A stretch of DNA of 64,000 bases from Octopus vulgaris (GCA_951406725.2 OX597831.1:65534001-65598000), one strand, 5' to 3'; shown: positions 36,977 to 50,049, counted from the first letter of the stretch. Numbers and translations: made by a program. Notes: a model not told the origin generated them from the letters alone.

Positions 36977-37395
36977 GGATCGTTTCGGTTTGAACGGCAG
37001 TTTTTTCTAGCGGTGTCATATGAAATTGTCCCCCGTAATTATGACCCTAGTATCGATCTATTGCATTTCAATCTGTTTTAGGGTTAGGGTTAGTTAGGGT
37101 TAGGGGTGGGGGGAAGGGTATCTTTTTTCCTTCAGAAATGTAAATAAATCCAATCTGTTTCTTAAACGAGGGACATATTCATAAGGCACAGAATGTTTTT
37201 TACCTCAACGGACGTCAGTGATTGGTTGAAATTGCAGAAATTGAAGAAAAAAACCGACAAATATCTTACAATTTTCTCAATAAAGCCAAGAGAAAAAGAT
37301 GTTTTATAAACACATTCTACCAGTATACGAAGTTTAAAAGTGTTTAGTTACCTGGAAATTATCTTAAAAAACTGCCGTTCAAACCGAAAAGATCC
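36977..37395 (-). mobile_element. GGATC-TIR MITE, complete, 8-bp TSD
   Basis: TSD gaggacta at 36969-36976 and 37396-37403, with internal ttaggg repeats. Confidence 0.93.
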
Positions 37396-37739
37396 GAGGA
37401 CTATATTATGCTTCAGTTATTAAGGTCTCCTAAGCATGTTACCTGTTCCCATCAGTTGGCTTTAGAGACAAAGATTCATTGCGCACAGAGTTCAAAAACT
37501 TCGATCAACTTGATCTTACTGTAATTATCACCCTTGCTCGTTGGTTTTAGACTTTAAGCATCTGTAGAGGGAGCTTTTTTTCTAGTAATTGCTTGCTTGG
37601 ACGAAGTTTTCATTTCACTACAATACATATAACAAACATATTTGCACCGACACAAAAAAAAAACCTTCACAAATGCCTGTAAACTTTCACATACCCAAAC
37701 CTGCTTATATATATGTGCGTATGGATATATGTAGGTACT

Positions 37740-37781
<42 letters not shown>

Positions 37782-37819
37782 ATATATATCTACATATACA
37801 TATGTACACACACACACTC

Positions 37820-37850
<31 letters not shown>

Positions 37851-37916
37851 CATACATACATATATATATACATGTGTATATGTACATATATGTACATATA
37901 TATATATTTATATATA

Positions 37917-37969
<53 letters not shown>

Positions 37970-38046
37970 CGGAGTAAACACATAAATGTGAAACAAGGTG
38001 GAAAAAAAAGTACTCAAATACCAGTGGTAGAGTAATATGCTTTAAA

Positions 38047-38117
<71 letters not shown>

Positions 38118-38224
38118 CATACATATATATATATACATATATACACATGTATATATAAGCATTTTTGTTTATTTATCTATCTGTGTGTGTGTGTGTGTAT
38201 ATGTATACACTTATATACATGCGA

Positions 38225-38545
38225 AGGGGTGTGATTTCGTAGTTAGGGTATTCGGCTTGCGATCGTAAGGGCGTGAGTTCGAAAAACCCTCGGCGCGTTG
38301 TGTCCTTAATGCAGACATTTTATTTCACGTTGCTCCAGTCAACTTAGCTGCCAAAAACGAGTTGTACCAGTAATTCGAAGGGCCATCCCAGTAGTATTCT
38401 GTGTCACACTGAATCTCCTCGAGAACTATGTTAAGGGTACGCGTGTCTGCGGGGCACTCGGCTATTTTCACGTTAATTTCACGAGGAGGCTGATACGTCG
38501 ATCGGATCAATTGGAACCCTCGTAGTCGTAACCGATGGAGGGCCA
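38225..38545 (+). mobile_element. Diverged tRNA-derived SINE family C
   Basis: 3' block gagaactatgttaagggtacgcgtgtctg...ggaaccctcgtagtcgtaaccga is shared with the 43071 and 48102 copies. Confidence 0.7.
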
Positions 38546-38630
38546 GTTATACATGTGTATATATGTATAAATATATATGTATATATATTTATATACATAA
38601 TCAAAAATAAGCAACAAGAATAACTCCGGT

Positions 38631-38721
38631 AATTTGGTACAATTGTTTCGCACTACATCATTTTATTAAAAGTTGTAAGTATTACAGCAGATTTAAGATG
38701 CTGAGTGCTCATCAGCCAATT
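38631..38721 (-). ncRNA. Type I hammerhead with long stem II
   Basis: Minus: AATTGG CTGATGA GCACT [49 nt] AGTGC GAAA CAATTG TA CCAAATT. Confidence 0.8.
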
Positions 38722-38997
38722 ATATAGGTTTTCCAATAATGCAAAAGCTTTCAAATCATTATAGAGAAGGTAGATATACAGATAAAGATGTAGACTTAAA
38801 TTTTAAGAACATATGAGGTTGTGAAGTCCAGCCACTGACTGACCAAGCTATGGTTGTATCTAACTGCTATATTTTTGATTATAATCACCCCGTAAAATTT
38901 TATGGATAACACCATACAAAATTCTGGTGCATCTAAATTAAGTACCATATTCATTTGAATCTAAACTGTTGCTGAAATTATATATATATATACATAC

Positions 38998-39050
<53 letters not shown>

Positions 39051-39071
39051 TACATATACATACATACATAC

Positions 39072-39122
<51 letters not shown>

Positions 39123-39153
39123 TATACATATATACATACATACTCATAAATAT

Positions 39154-39400
39154 TCATATATGATTTCTTTCAGCCATTTCCGATGATTGGCAGAATTGGC
39201 TATTAAGATATTGTATGATATTGTAGCTTAGTACAAATGATAGCATGTTTGAAAAGAGATATTTGTATACAGTATCAATATCAAAATTCTGCACTAAATT
39301 TAATCGAAAGGAGTCACCTATGGCATAGGTATAGTAAAAGCTACAAATCATCAACCGTGATATAATAAGAAACAAGTAATATCTTCGCCTTGTAATTCTT
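39154..39400 (-). mobile_element. Decayed PLE RT fragment upstream of the 38631 hammerhead
   Basis: VQNFDIDTVY and FVLSYNIIQYLNSQFCQSSEMA resemble the PLE FD..LY and L..N.F.F....Y.Q..G.AMG motifs. Confidence 0.45.
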
Positions 39401-39885
39401 TAACAAAGGTTAAAGTCAAACTGAAGCTGTTTCAGAAGCATTTTTTTTATCCATAAATAACAATCCTCTTCAATGATGCCTAAATGGGAGGTTGCGTGCA
39501 CTTCTTGTGATTTTTTTTCTCCAACAAAATTTTAAATTTTCAATTCACTCGAGGAAAATATTTTTCATGATGTAATCGAATTATTCATCAATAAAAAATA
39601 TTCTTGAAACCGCTGAAACGAACCTTAACCCATTTCTGTTGGATCTGGAACTTGCATTGGATCGAGAACATGCATACCTGTGTGCATCGGTATATAATTA
39701 TATATACATGCATAGTTATAGCCTTGGGCTTATTTGTGGGAACATGTACATAAGTATGTGGGAGTATGAATATGCCCGTATATGCACGGATATGTAGGGT
39801 TGTATTTGTGTATGGTATATATATATGTATGTGACGAACTCGACCCTGACTTGGTGTCCTTAATATTACGAATCTTATATACATC

Positions 39886-39922
<37 letters not shown>

Positions 39923-40690
39923 GGCGAAAGTAGTCTAGTGATTCTAGAGACGCTCATGGGGCAGTTATCTCCCCTGTCAGTGTATATATATGCTGCTCGC
40001 TTCTTACAGCATTAAGAGTTTTTAACTCTTATTTCTAGCAATATAGTTGCTTGGGCATCGTCAGTCACAATCAGTGACGATAAAAATTTTTCCTTTATGG
40101 TATTATATTGCGCCTAGCTGTTTATATTAATTTTTGATATACGCATTAGCATTTCGCAAAATCAACCAGAAATTAATAGCTATCGCCAAGCTAACACAGC
40201 AGTCCAGAAAAATAGGACGAATGTTGTCGTTGATTAGCTCCAAGAGGCCATCGCCTCTAGCTAGCTATATGACACACAAACCTGTGTCGATTCGTCCTAT
40301 TTTTCTAGACTGCTATGTTAGCTTGGCGATAACTATTAATACCCAGTACTACTGCTGTATTCTCCTTTAGAGAGATTTAGAAATAATAATATTTCTAGTT
40401 TTGAAAGCCATAAATTTTTATGGTAAAACATATATATACCGAAAGCCCGATTTAGCCAAACCATCGACGGTTTGAGCAGTCATTAATGACGAACTATGAT
40501 TGATAGGCAAAACTAGTCTAGTGATCCTAGAGACGTTTATGTGGGCGGTTATCTCTCCTATCAGTATATATGCACTTCGCGCGCTTTTTACAACGTTAAA
40601 AAATTTTAACTCTTATTTCTTGCAATATAGGTGACGATAAAATTTTCCTTTTATGGTATTATATTGCACTTAGCTGTTTATATTAATTTT
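39923..40690 (+). repeat. Direct repeat (~190 bp; 39923-40135 and 40506-40690), pLTR-like, with decayed hammerhead
   Basis: Shared tagtctagtga...cctttatggtattatattgc...tttatattaatttt. Confidence 0.7.
40172..40340. mobile_element. Small MITE with ~50-bp TIRs at an ATTAAT site
   Basis: attaatagctatcgccaagctaacacagcagtccagaaaaataggacgaat is inverse to the last 50 nt. Confidence 0.8.
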
Positions 40691-41197
40691 ACACACACAT
40701 ACACATACACATGCACACACACATACACATACACACATTTACACACACACATACATAGATATAGATATAAATATTATGTATATGTATAAATGTGTGTATA
40801 TTTATGTATATATACATACATATATACATATATGTGTGCGTCTGTGCTTGTGTGTGTAATTTATAGTAAAAAGCTGCATAAGTGACGGAAGCGCTCAAGA
40901 GACCCAGAGTTTCGTTCCGAGCACTTTGCTTCGAGATGAAACTCTTAGTCTTTGAGTCACGATTGTTACACACACACGCAGCACACACTATACACACACA
41001 CATATACTTCTGTTACATACTGGACTGTGACTTCAGTGCGAGGGGACCTTACCTTATTACACTCTTAAGGATTATGTTTCGATGACAAGCGTCTGGGAAT
41101 ACTCTGTCTCTTACACTTTAATTGCAAGTGACGGAACATTCATGTATAGAGAGTGTACGTATGTGTATATGTGTGCATGTGTATATGTGTGCATGTG

Positions 41198-41260
<63 letters not shown>

Positions 41261-41343
41261 CAGGTGTGCGCTAGGCGTGTGAATAAGCATGAAATAATGT
41301 AAAAGGTAAAACTCCTTTCTGCCTATCCTTCGAACCCGCCTTT

Positions 41344-41447
<104 letters not shown>

Positions 41448-41974
41448 TTGTGTGTCACTGACACTGTTCCGCTTTCTTTACGTCATTAATATCAATTGAA
41501 AGCCATGGACCCTCACATCATATTTTTATAAATGTGTGACGAGCAAGAGGTCAAGTCGTGCCTAATCAAAATCTCCACCCAGTTTTGATTATCAGTTGAT
41601 GCAACAACAGTTATGCACCTAATCCTCCCGCCAAATGGAGGTCAACGCTTCTTTCCGTTCTTGCCCTTAAAATGTAAGTCTTTCGTACCAAATCAATAGA
41701 AAACTTATACAAAATAATAATAATTGATCCTCGAGGTGACTTAATAACTGGTGCAAAATACTGATTTCTGTTTTTTGTTTATACGAGGCTGAATTTATGA
41801 GAGAGATGAAATAAGATTTTGTGGCGTTAATGTTTTCCCCTGGCGAATTTGAAGAGAAACGATGAGGTTTCAAATTTAATGTATTCGTCCCATGTTAGGG
41901 GTTAACTAAATGAGAACCCAAGAGGCTAAACTTTGCAAGAGCTAATATTTCTTAATTATTCTTTTATTCTTATA

Positions 41975-42589
41975 TTGTTACTTGTTTCAGTCATTTGACT
42001 GCGGCTATGCTGGAGCACCACATCACAAAGTTTATTTAGTCGAAGAAATCAACCCCAGGACTTTGTAAGCCTAGTACTTATTCTATCGGCCCCCTTTTGC
42101 CGAACCTTTAAGTTATTGGGGGGTGTAAACACACAAACATCGGTTGTCAAGTGATGGTGTGGGGATAAACACAGTTACAAAGACACACACACACACACAC
42201 TCTCACATACACACATATATATACGACGGGCTTCTTTCAGTTTCCGTCTACCAAGTCCACTCACAAGACTTTGGTCAGCCCGAGGCTATAGTAAAAGATA
42301 CTTGCCCAAGGTGCCACGCAGTAGGACTGAATCTGGAACCGTGTGGTTGGGAAGCAAGCTTCTTACCACACACCCACAGTTTATTAATGTTCAAAGGATC
42401 TAAATTTGTATATTAAAAGTAAATATAGGTGCAGGAGTGGCTGTGTGGTAAGTAGCTTGCTTACCAACCACATGGTTCCGGGTTAAGTCCCACTGCGTGG
42501 CACCTTGGGCAGGTGTCTTCTACTATAGCCTCGGGCCGACCAAAGCCTTGTGAATGGATTTGGTAGACGGAAACTGAAAGAAGCCCGTC

Positions 42590-42640
<51 letters not shown>

Positions 42641-42862
42641 CGTGTGTGTTTGTGTGTCTGTGTTTGGCCCCCCTAGCATTGCTTGACAACCGATACGGGT
42701 GTGTTTATGTCCCCGTCACTTAGCGGTTCGGCAAAAGAGACCGATAGAATAAGTACTAGGTTTACAAAGAATAAGTCCCGGGGTCGAGTTGCTCGACTAA
42801 AGGCGGTGCTCCAGCATGGCCGCTGGTAAATAACTGAAACAAGTAAAAGAGTAAAAGAGTAA
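41975..42862. mobile_element. Head-to-head pair of SINE family A copies (minus 41975-42372, plus 42427-42862)
   Basis: Both carry the full family A blocks in opposite orientation. Confidence 0.9.
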
Positions 42863-43070
42863 ACACAAAACAGAATATATATAGAGAAAGAAAAAGCCAC
42901 AAAAAAATATGAATGTAATGAAAATTTCTTTTTTAAAAAATTAAAAAAATTCGATATTTATCATGAAATCTGCAAAGGAGTGTCTGATGAGTGGCTTTGA
43001 GCGAAAAATGACTTGGAAACCCTGATGTTCTTTTTCTGTGTCAGGTCATTGATTAGATGGAGGTGGGGGT

Positions 43071-43454
43071 TGGAGGCGCAATGGCCCAGTGGTTAGGGCA
43101 GCAGACTCGCGGTCGTAGGATCGCGGTTTCGATTCCTAAACCGGGCGTTGTGAGTGTTTATTGAGCGAAAACACCTAAATCTCCATGAGGCTCTGGCAGG
43201 GGGTGGTGGTGATCTCTGCTGTACTCTTTCACCATAACTTACTCTCACTCTTACTTCCTGTTTCTGTTGTACCTGTATTTCAAAGGGCCGGCCTTGTCAC
43301 TCTCTGTGCCACGCTGAATATCCCCGAGAACTACGTTAAGGGTACACGTGTCTGTGGAGTGCTCAGCCACTTACACGTTAATTTCACGAGCAGGCTGTTC
43401 CGTTGATCGGATCAACCGGAACCCTCGTCATCGTAACCGACGGAGTGCTTCCAT
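43071..43454 (+). mobile_element. tRNA-derived SINE family C
   Basis: A-box tggcccagtggtt, B-box-like ggtttcgattcc, approximate TSD tggagg(t/c)gggg. Confidence 0.88.
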
Positions 43455-44089
43455 TGGAGGCGGGGTTTGAGGAAATAAATCAAAACAAGTAAAACCAATG
43501 ACTTGTAAGGGATTATAGTCGTGATAAGGAACGGACCTGACAAAGTATGAAATGAAGGTAAAAGAGAAGAGGGGTGAAGAAATGTCCGGTGATATGAATG
43601 TGTTTAGGTGGAGTAGACAGAGATCTGTTGTAGTGAAAATAGGAAAGAGAGAGAGAGAGAGAAAAAAAAAACAGACAGTGGTCGTCTGTATATGAATGGT
43701 TGTAGTTGTGGATATTTACATACGAAATGAGAAAATACACACAACACACACACACACACACACAAACGCACACACATATACACGCAGATATACATACACA
43801 GACATACACACGCACATTTTTAGTAGTTGGTCGAGGTGTTGATCCTATTTACTATTATAAACTTTGATGTTGTGGAGTCATCATGAGAGGTCAACAGAGA
43901 TTGTAATACTTAACTTTGGAGGGAAAGTTGTAAACTATTTATAATTAACGCAGAAATAGCTTTTCATAGTTTTGGAGCTGGGGAATGAGACTAATTTGTT
44001 CTTTTCTCATTGTCGGGGTTTTTCAAAATATCTGTTTATTGTTGGGGGAAGTTCAAGCCTGCTTTACAGTGATAATTTCTATGAGAAAG

Positions 44090-44497
44090 GGATCTTTTCG
44101 GTTTGACCGGCAGTTTTTAAAATAATTTCCACGTAACTAAACACTTTTAAACTTCGTATACTGGTAGAATGTCTTTATAAAACATCTTTTTCTCTTGACT
44201 TTATTGAGAAAATTCTATAGTTTGTAAGATATTTGTTGTTTTTTCTTCAATTTCTGCAATTTCAACCAATCAATGACGTCTATTGAGGTGAAAACATTCT
44301 GTGCCGTATGAATATGTCCCTCGTTTAAGAAACAGATTGGGTTTATTTACATTTGTGAAGAAAAAAAGATACTCTTCCCCCCACCCCTAACCCTAAAACA
44401 GATTGAAATGAAATAGATCGATACTAGGGTCATAATTATGGGTGACAATTTCATATGACACCGCTAGAAAAAACTGCCGTTCAAACCGAAAAGATCC
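44090..44497 (+). mobile_element. GGATC-TIR MITE, plus solo inverted left end at 44648-44687
   Basis: Both TIRs are present. The solo end shares the private variant ttgaccggcag. Confidence 0.9.
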
Positions 44498-45016
44498 TGA
44501 TCGTGATACGAACTATTTCATATTCGAAACATGGAGCTATTGAAACCATTTCAAGCATTGGAATAAAATACAACGCTAAGTTTAAATATTCTACACTTCG
44601 TTATACTACAATCAATTCTATAATAGTTCAGGACTTCAAAATTCAACAAATTATTTTAAAAAACTGCCGGTCAAACCGAAAAGATCCCACGATCGTAACT
44701 TATTCTATATTTCCATAATTATTGCTTTGTTGGCGAGTTTGATTAGGATTTAGCCAGGATATCAGTGGAAAGGTTGGAATATAGCTAGAATACTAGAGTT
44801 TAAATTAGAGGTGCCTATGTACTCTGTAAGAAAATATTAAAATGAAATTATAATAGTATTTGGTTTATAAATTTATTAAATACTTTCCTTTATTGTAGAC
44901 TGTGACTGCTTTCAGTAACATAATTCAGGAAAGCCAACACAAATTCTCATGTCATCTATGAATAGACGATGTATCGTCTATTCATAGATGAAATAAAATT
45001 TATTATAACTTATAAT

Positions 45017-45192
45017 ATGCTTAGCGGTATTTCGTCTGTCTTTACGTTCTGAGTTCAAATTCCGCCGAGGTTGACTTAGCCTTTCATCCTTTCAGGGTCG
45101 ATAAATTAAGTACTAGTTGCGTACTGGGGTCGATCTAATCGACTGGCCCCTTCCCAAAAATTTAGGGCCTTGTGCCTAGAGTAGAAAAGAAT
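45017..45192 (+). mobile_element. SINE family B, 5'-truncated
   Basis: atgcttagcggtatttcgtctg...cttgtgcctagagtagaaaagaat. Confidence 0.85.
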
Positions 45193-45738
45193 TTTCTTTT
45201 ACTTATAAAATTTACCTCTGATTATCCAAAACTAATTTTCTGAGGAGACAACTTGATCTCAGTATCGTATTGGTACACTCCGAGATATCAAACATCCTAG
45301 ATTTCCGTCTTGATCATTTCCTTTCCTCGTAATCGACTATTTCAAATTATGACATTTTAGATCATATTTTACATAAACATATTGAATAATTAATGGCTTT
45401 CAGTGTTTATAAAGAGAAAGCAGCGAACATATGGACATCAGCGAAGTAAATTTTAGTCTTTCTCACAAAGCAATTACCAAGTGAAAATTTAAATAATATT
45501 TTTTTTTGTTTTGTCGTGTTTTACTGTTTGGTAGATTTTATTGTTTTCCAGATGGATGCTGGTGAATATCCAGAGGAATTTTATGAACGGGTTTCTATTT
45601 TTGTATCAAGAAATTGCAAAACTGCTTAAAACTGTAATCTCTTTATCAGAGCGCTGAAATATAAACACTAAATAATACATACTGCTTTCCAAAGGGGTGT
45701 CTGTGTGTTGGGAAAATACCATTAAAAAAAAAAGAAAC

Positions 45739-46065
45739 AGGGCGCAGGAGTGGCTGTGTGGTAAGTTGCTTGTTTACCAACCTCATGGTTCCGGGTTCAG
45801 TCCCACTGCGTGGCACCTTGGGCAAGTGTCTTCTACTATAGCCTCGGGCCGACCAAAGCCTTGTAGTAACTGTTGTTAGATATTTCTTTGTGAAGGCGCA
45901 GGAGTGGCTGTGTGGTAAGTAGCTTGCTTACCAACCACATGGTTCCGGGTTCAGTCCCATTGCGTGGCACCTTGGGCAAGTGTCTTCTACTATAGCCTCG
46001 GGCCGACCAAAGCCTTGTGAGTGGATTTCGTAGACGGAAACTGAAAGAAGCCTGTCGTATATATG

Positions 46066-46098
<33 letters not shown>

Positions 46099-46319
46099 GT
46101 TTGTGTGTCTGTGTTTGTCCTCCTAGCATTGCTTGACAACCGATGCTGGTGTGTTTATGTCCCCGTAACTTAGCGATTCGGCAAAAGAGACCGATAGAAT
46201 AAGTAGTGGGCTTACAAAAGGATAAGTCCCGGGGTCGAGTTGCTCGACTAAAGGCGGTGCTCCAGCATGGCCGCAGTCAAATGACTGAAACAAGTAAAAG
46301 AGTAAAAGAGAAAGAGTAA
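45739..46319 (+). mobile_element. SINE family A 5' piece (45739-45863) plus full copy (45893-46319)
   Basis: Two heads ggcgcaggagtggctgtgtggtaag. Confidence 0.9.
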
Positions 46320-46997
46320 ACTCTAATTGTTCTTGCTATATATGTGTCGGAAGAAAATTGTTGATAATCTGTGGAAACTCTTGTGAGAGAGAAGATAAGG
46401 GGGAATGTATTTATCGTAGTGCTTCAAAATTTGGAGATTAGCGACAGATGGAAACAATTAGGGGTCAATAAGGAGTTCGGTGGAAAACTGGTTATCAGAC
46501 AGAAAAACTGGATGAGCGAATTAGTGAGAGAAACTAAGTTGTAGCTAATTATGGGTAATGGAGGATTGTTGGTATAAATTGCAAATATGATGCGTCATTA
46601 TAGAAGAGCGACGCCAAGCGAGCTCTAAAGATGATCAATAAGAAAGGTTTTATCATTCAATTGCATTATCTTGATCCTGACCTAAGATTTTTGGAAAAGT
46701 CCTCTGTCGATGATGGCTTTTGTTGAACATTAACAAATAGCGAGAACTATTCTTCGTATGAGAATTGTTGATATTAGAGGATAGTGCGTCGGATTATCTT
46801 GGTCGTAGAGTGCTTATGACCTTTGAAGGCCCTCCTAGGTTTGTGAGATTGATGCAGTTGATTAATATAACGTTTGTATCAGAATGCTGACATGAATGGG
46901 GAGGGCATTTGTTGAAAGGATCTCTACCAATATTCTTATCATAATAGATGCTCACATCAATGCCTCTATGAAGATCTAAAGTAAGGTGCTATATCAT

Positions 46998-47453
46998 CAT
47001 CATCATCATTGTTCGACCGTGGTCGAGACAATGGAATTTACTATGCTACGCCAGACTTCACGGTCCATCATGGCATTACGGAGGTCCTGTTGCTGGATGC
47101 CTGTATCCCTGGAGATTACATCAGGATAGGAGAGTGTGCGCGAGTAGATTGCTTCCAGAGGAGAAGAGTAGAAATTATTTCTTTTTCAGTTCTACAACAA
47201 TGTCCAGCAAACTGGACTCTCCTACCTTTCACAAGAGATGATACAGGTGGTAGTTTCCCATATATTTGTACTTTGGTTGGATGGCGCTTCCACGAGAGAT
47301 TTTGAGCTCTCATAAGGAGGTGAGTGTAGGTTTCATCCAACCGCCTCTCAAGCTTCTTTGATAACGTCCAGGTTTCTGAGCCATATAGTAGAATTGGTTC
47401 GACTGTGGCTTTGAAGATTTTAAGTTTGAAGTCTCTACTTAGATTTGATGACC
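46998..47453 (-). mobile_element. RTE LINE 3' fragment with (GAT)n tail
   Basis: IFKATVEPILLYGSETWTL...RRVQFAGHC, TSD atatcat (46991-46997, 47454-47460). Confidence 0.9.
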
Positions 47454-48100
47454 ATATCATAGTAACATGTCAACAACGAAAACACCTGTGACAGCCTATT
47501 TTATAATCCCTATAGACATTCTCCAACATAGTGAACTGTTAATAATTTCTCTCAAATCTTTTAATAATTTATATCGTAAAAATGTAAAATATGTGTTCGT
47601 TAATATGAACACAGAAATTAATTGTCAATAGAAATATTTGACAATGGAATACCAAAGATATCACAATAATTTTGGTAATAACTAGCGTCTGACTATTTAC
47701 ATAAGTATGTCAATTTTTCTTAGTTTTGTCCGAAACAATTTGTATTCTTGTTAAAAGAGTTCCAAAGAAATAATGAGCTTATTCATAATAGAATAGAGGA
47801 GAAATATTTACTTTGTTACTATTATTGCTGAAGCAGTCGGTTTAACAACTAGAAGCTCCAAATATATTGGAAAACACTTCCGTCCAGTTGACGTATGATA
47901 TATTATTACATCCTCTCATCTGACCATGTGATATTTCCTTCACAGTAAGTTTTTGTATGTTTCTAAATTCTGATGAAGCTTTTGGAAAAAGCGAATATGA
48001 TGAAATGGTAGAGCGAAGCATTTGCTCTTCTCTTCATCATAGTTTTAGAAACTAATGATGCTGTTACTATTTTTTTGTGTATATATTTCTATGGACTGAG

Positions 48101-48472
48101 TGTGGAGACGCAATGGCCCAGTGGTTAGGGCAGCGGACTCGCGGTCGTAGGATCGCGGTTTCGATTCCCAGACCGGGCGTTGTGAGTGTTTAATGAGCGA
48201 AAACACCTAAAGCTCCACGAGGCTCCGGCAGGGATAGTGGTGATCCCTGCTGTACTCTTTCACCACAACTTTCTCTCACTCTTACTTCCTGTTTCTGTTG
48301 TGCCTGTATTTCAAAGGGCCGGCCTTGTCACGCTGAATATCCCCGAGAACTACGTTAAGGGTACACATGTCTGTGGAGTGCTCAGCCACTTACACATTAA
48401 TTTCACGAGCAGGCTGTTCCGTTGATCGGATCAACCGGAACCCTCGTCGTCGTAACCGACGGAGTGCTTCCC
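48101..48472 (+). mobile_element. SINE family C with 9-bp TSD
   Basis: TSD atggactga (48091-48099, 48473-48481). Confidence 0.9.
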
Positions 48473-48499
48473 ATGGACTGAACAGAAAAATAATGTTCT

Positions 48500-49070
48500 T
48501 ATGTTTATGTTACAGTAAATGTTCCCGGATGTTTGGAAGTAATTGTATAGGAACCATGTGGATAGCAACTTGCGGAATGGAAAGAGGTGCCCTTGCATGT
48601 CCTGGTCGCCTTTAGTTTTATGCTTTTTGTTATTATGGAGATAGTCCGTGATCGGTTCAGCCAGTTTTCCGAAGTGTTATGTTCTTGTGTTCTTGAAGTG
48701 TGTTGTGATTTATTATAGTGTGACTAGAGCCAAGTAACATTGGCAAAATCTATGATGGATCTCATACAGAGAACCGATGCAAAGTAGTGCTATTTAATTT
48801 GCTTTTTTTCGCCAGGCTTTCAACGTGTAATCAAGCAGGTAATACGTCAGTAGATTCTCTCGATTAACTGCGTCGCTTCTTCTATATTATGATTCCACTT
48901 TGTTGAGCAGGATATTACGTATTGCAACATGCAGTAGTTGATCGTATGAGAAATAAAATGGCATTCTCTCTGCTCTCTGCTATATTTCCGTTCACCTGCT
49001 AGGTTTGGTGGTTGACATGGTCTCGTGACAGTCGCTGCTCCTCTGTACCTATTGTTGGTGATATGCATCC
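48500..49070 (-). mobile_element. Decayed Jockey/CR1-type LINE fragment
   Basis: CMRSIIDFANVTW resembles the RPILEYAxxxW motif. Many stops. Confidence 0.4.
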
Positions 49071-49104
49071 CTACACAGTGACTAGGCTAATGTTATAATT
49101 GATA

Positions 49105-49525
49105 CGAGATGCGTTCAAAAAGAACCCGACTTTATTTTCCTCCGCTAAAACAAATGCCGCACGGGCAAAATCCTTTGCGTGGGAGGTGATGCCACCCTTT
49201 CTGCTCAACTATTTAGGCCGCGTCAGTTCCCGGTTGTTACGCCTAGAGTACAGACTCTATGCGCCCTCGTCGGATTTTCGTTTCACGAACGATAACCGAA
49301 TGCATCTAACAGAGACCATAAACCCTGTGTCTAATCATCGGTGACGATGGTCTTCATGTAGTCAGGGTTGTGATTTGTACTGTCCAACATGTCCTGAGCA
49401 ATTTACTTATGGAGTTGCTTCTGCAAGTGTATGAAGGGTGACGTTGCCTCCCACCCAAATGACCCACGCGACATTTCTTTTTGCGGGTTAAAAAATAAAG
49501 TCGGATACTTTTTGAACGCACCTCG
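49105..49525. mobile_element. Mariner-derived MITE
   Basis: TA|cgagatgcgttcaaaaagaacccgactttatttt ... aaaataaagtcggatactttttgaacgcacctcg|TA. Confidence 0.9.
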
Positions 49526-49542
49526 TATCATTTTATTGTGAA

Positions 49543-49941
49543 CTATCAGTATCGCCCGGCGTTGCTCGGGTTTGTAAGGGAAATAACTATATAAGCATTT
49601 TTAGAGAGTTATAGCCAAAAAATAGCAAAAAAAATGCATTAAAAATGGAAAAAAAATGATGGTAATTTTTTTTTAAATCGTTGACTCATCGTAGACATTT
49701 TTAGAGAATTACTTCCCTTATATAATAGCGAAAAAAATGCATTAAAATGGAAAAAAATGATGGTAAATTTTTTTCAAAATCGTAGACTCATCGTAGACGC
49801 GCCCTAATACCCAGAAGGGCTCGATATGAATCACGACTATAAGATACCCGGTTTTGGTTAAACTGCACCGCAAAATGTGGGAGTAGTTAGGAATCTAAAT
49901 CGTAGGAGACAGACACACAACTTGACTTTTATATATAAAGA
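49543..49941 (-). mobile_element. Non-autonomous Helitron
   Basis: Minus strand begins A|TCtttatatataaaag and ends with the hairpin cccgagcaacgccggg plus gatag|T (CTAG variant). Internal tandem duplication. Confidence 0.8.
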
Positions 49942-50049
49942 TATATTTTTTTGATGGTTTAATACAGTTTGATCATGCATTTACAATGAAAATGGGACAG
50001 TCCACAAAAAATTGCAGGATGTGTCATCCACACCTTTACCTATTTCGAA

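Noticed and set aside
42981-43020. CTGATGA...GAAA motif
   Set aside because: No stem I or III complement; likely chance.
43071-43145. tRNA-like heads here and at 48101, 60037 and 60756 as tRNA genes
   Set aside because: They continue into conserved SINE bodies, mostly with TSDs, and lack a proper acceptor stem.
47965-48005. CTGATGA a gctttt-gga-aaaagc GAAT motif
   Set aside because: It has GAAT instead of GAAA and no convincing stem I or III.
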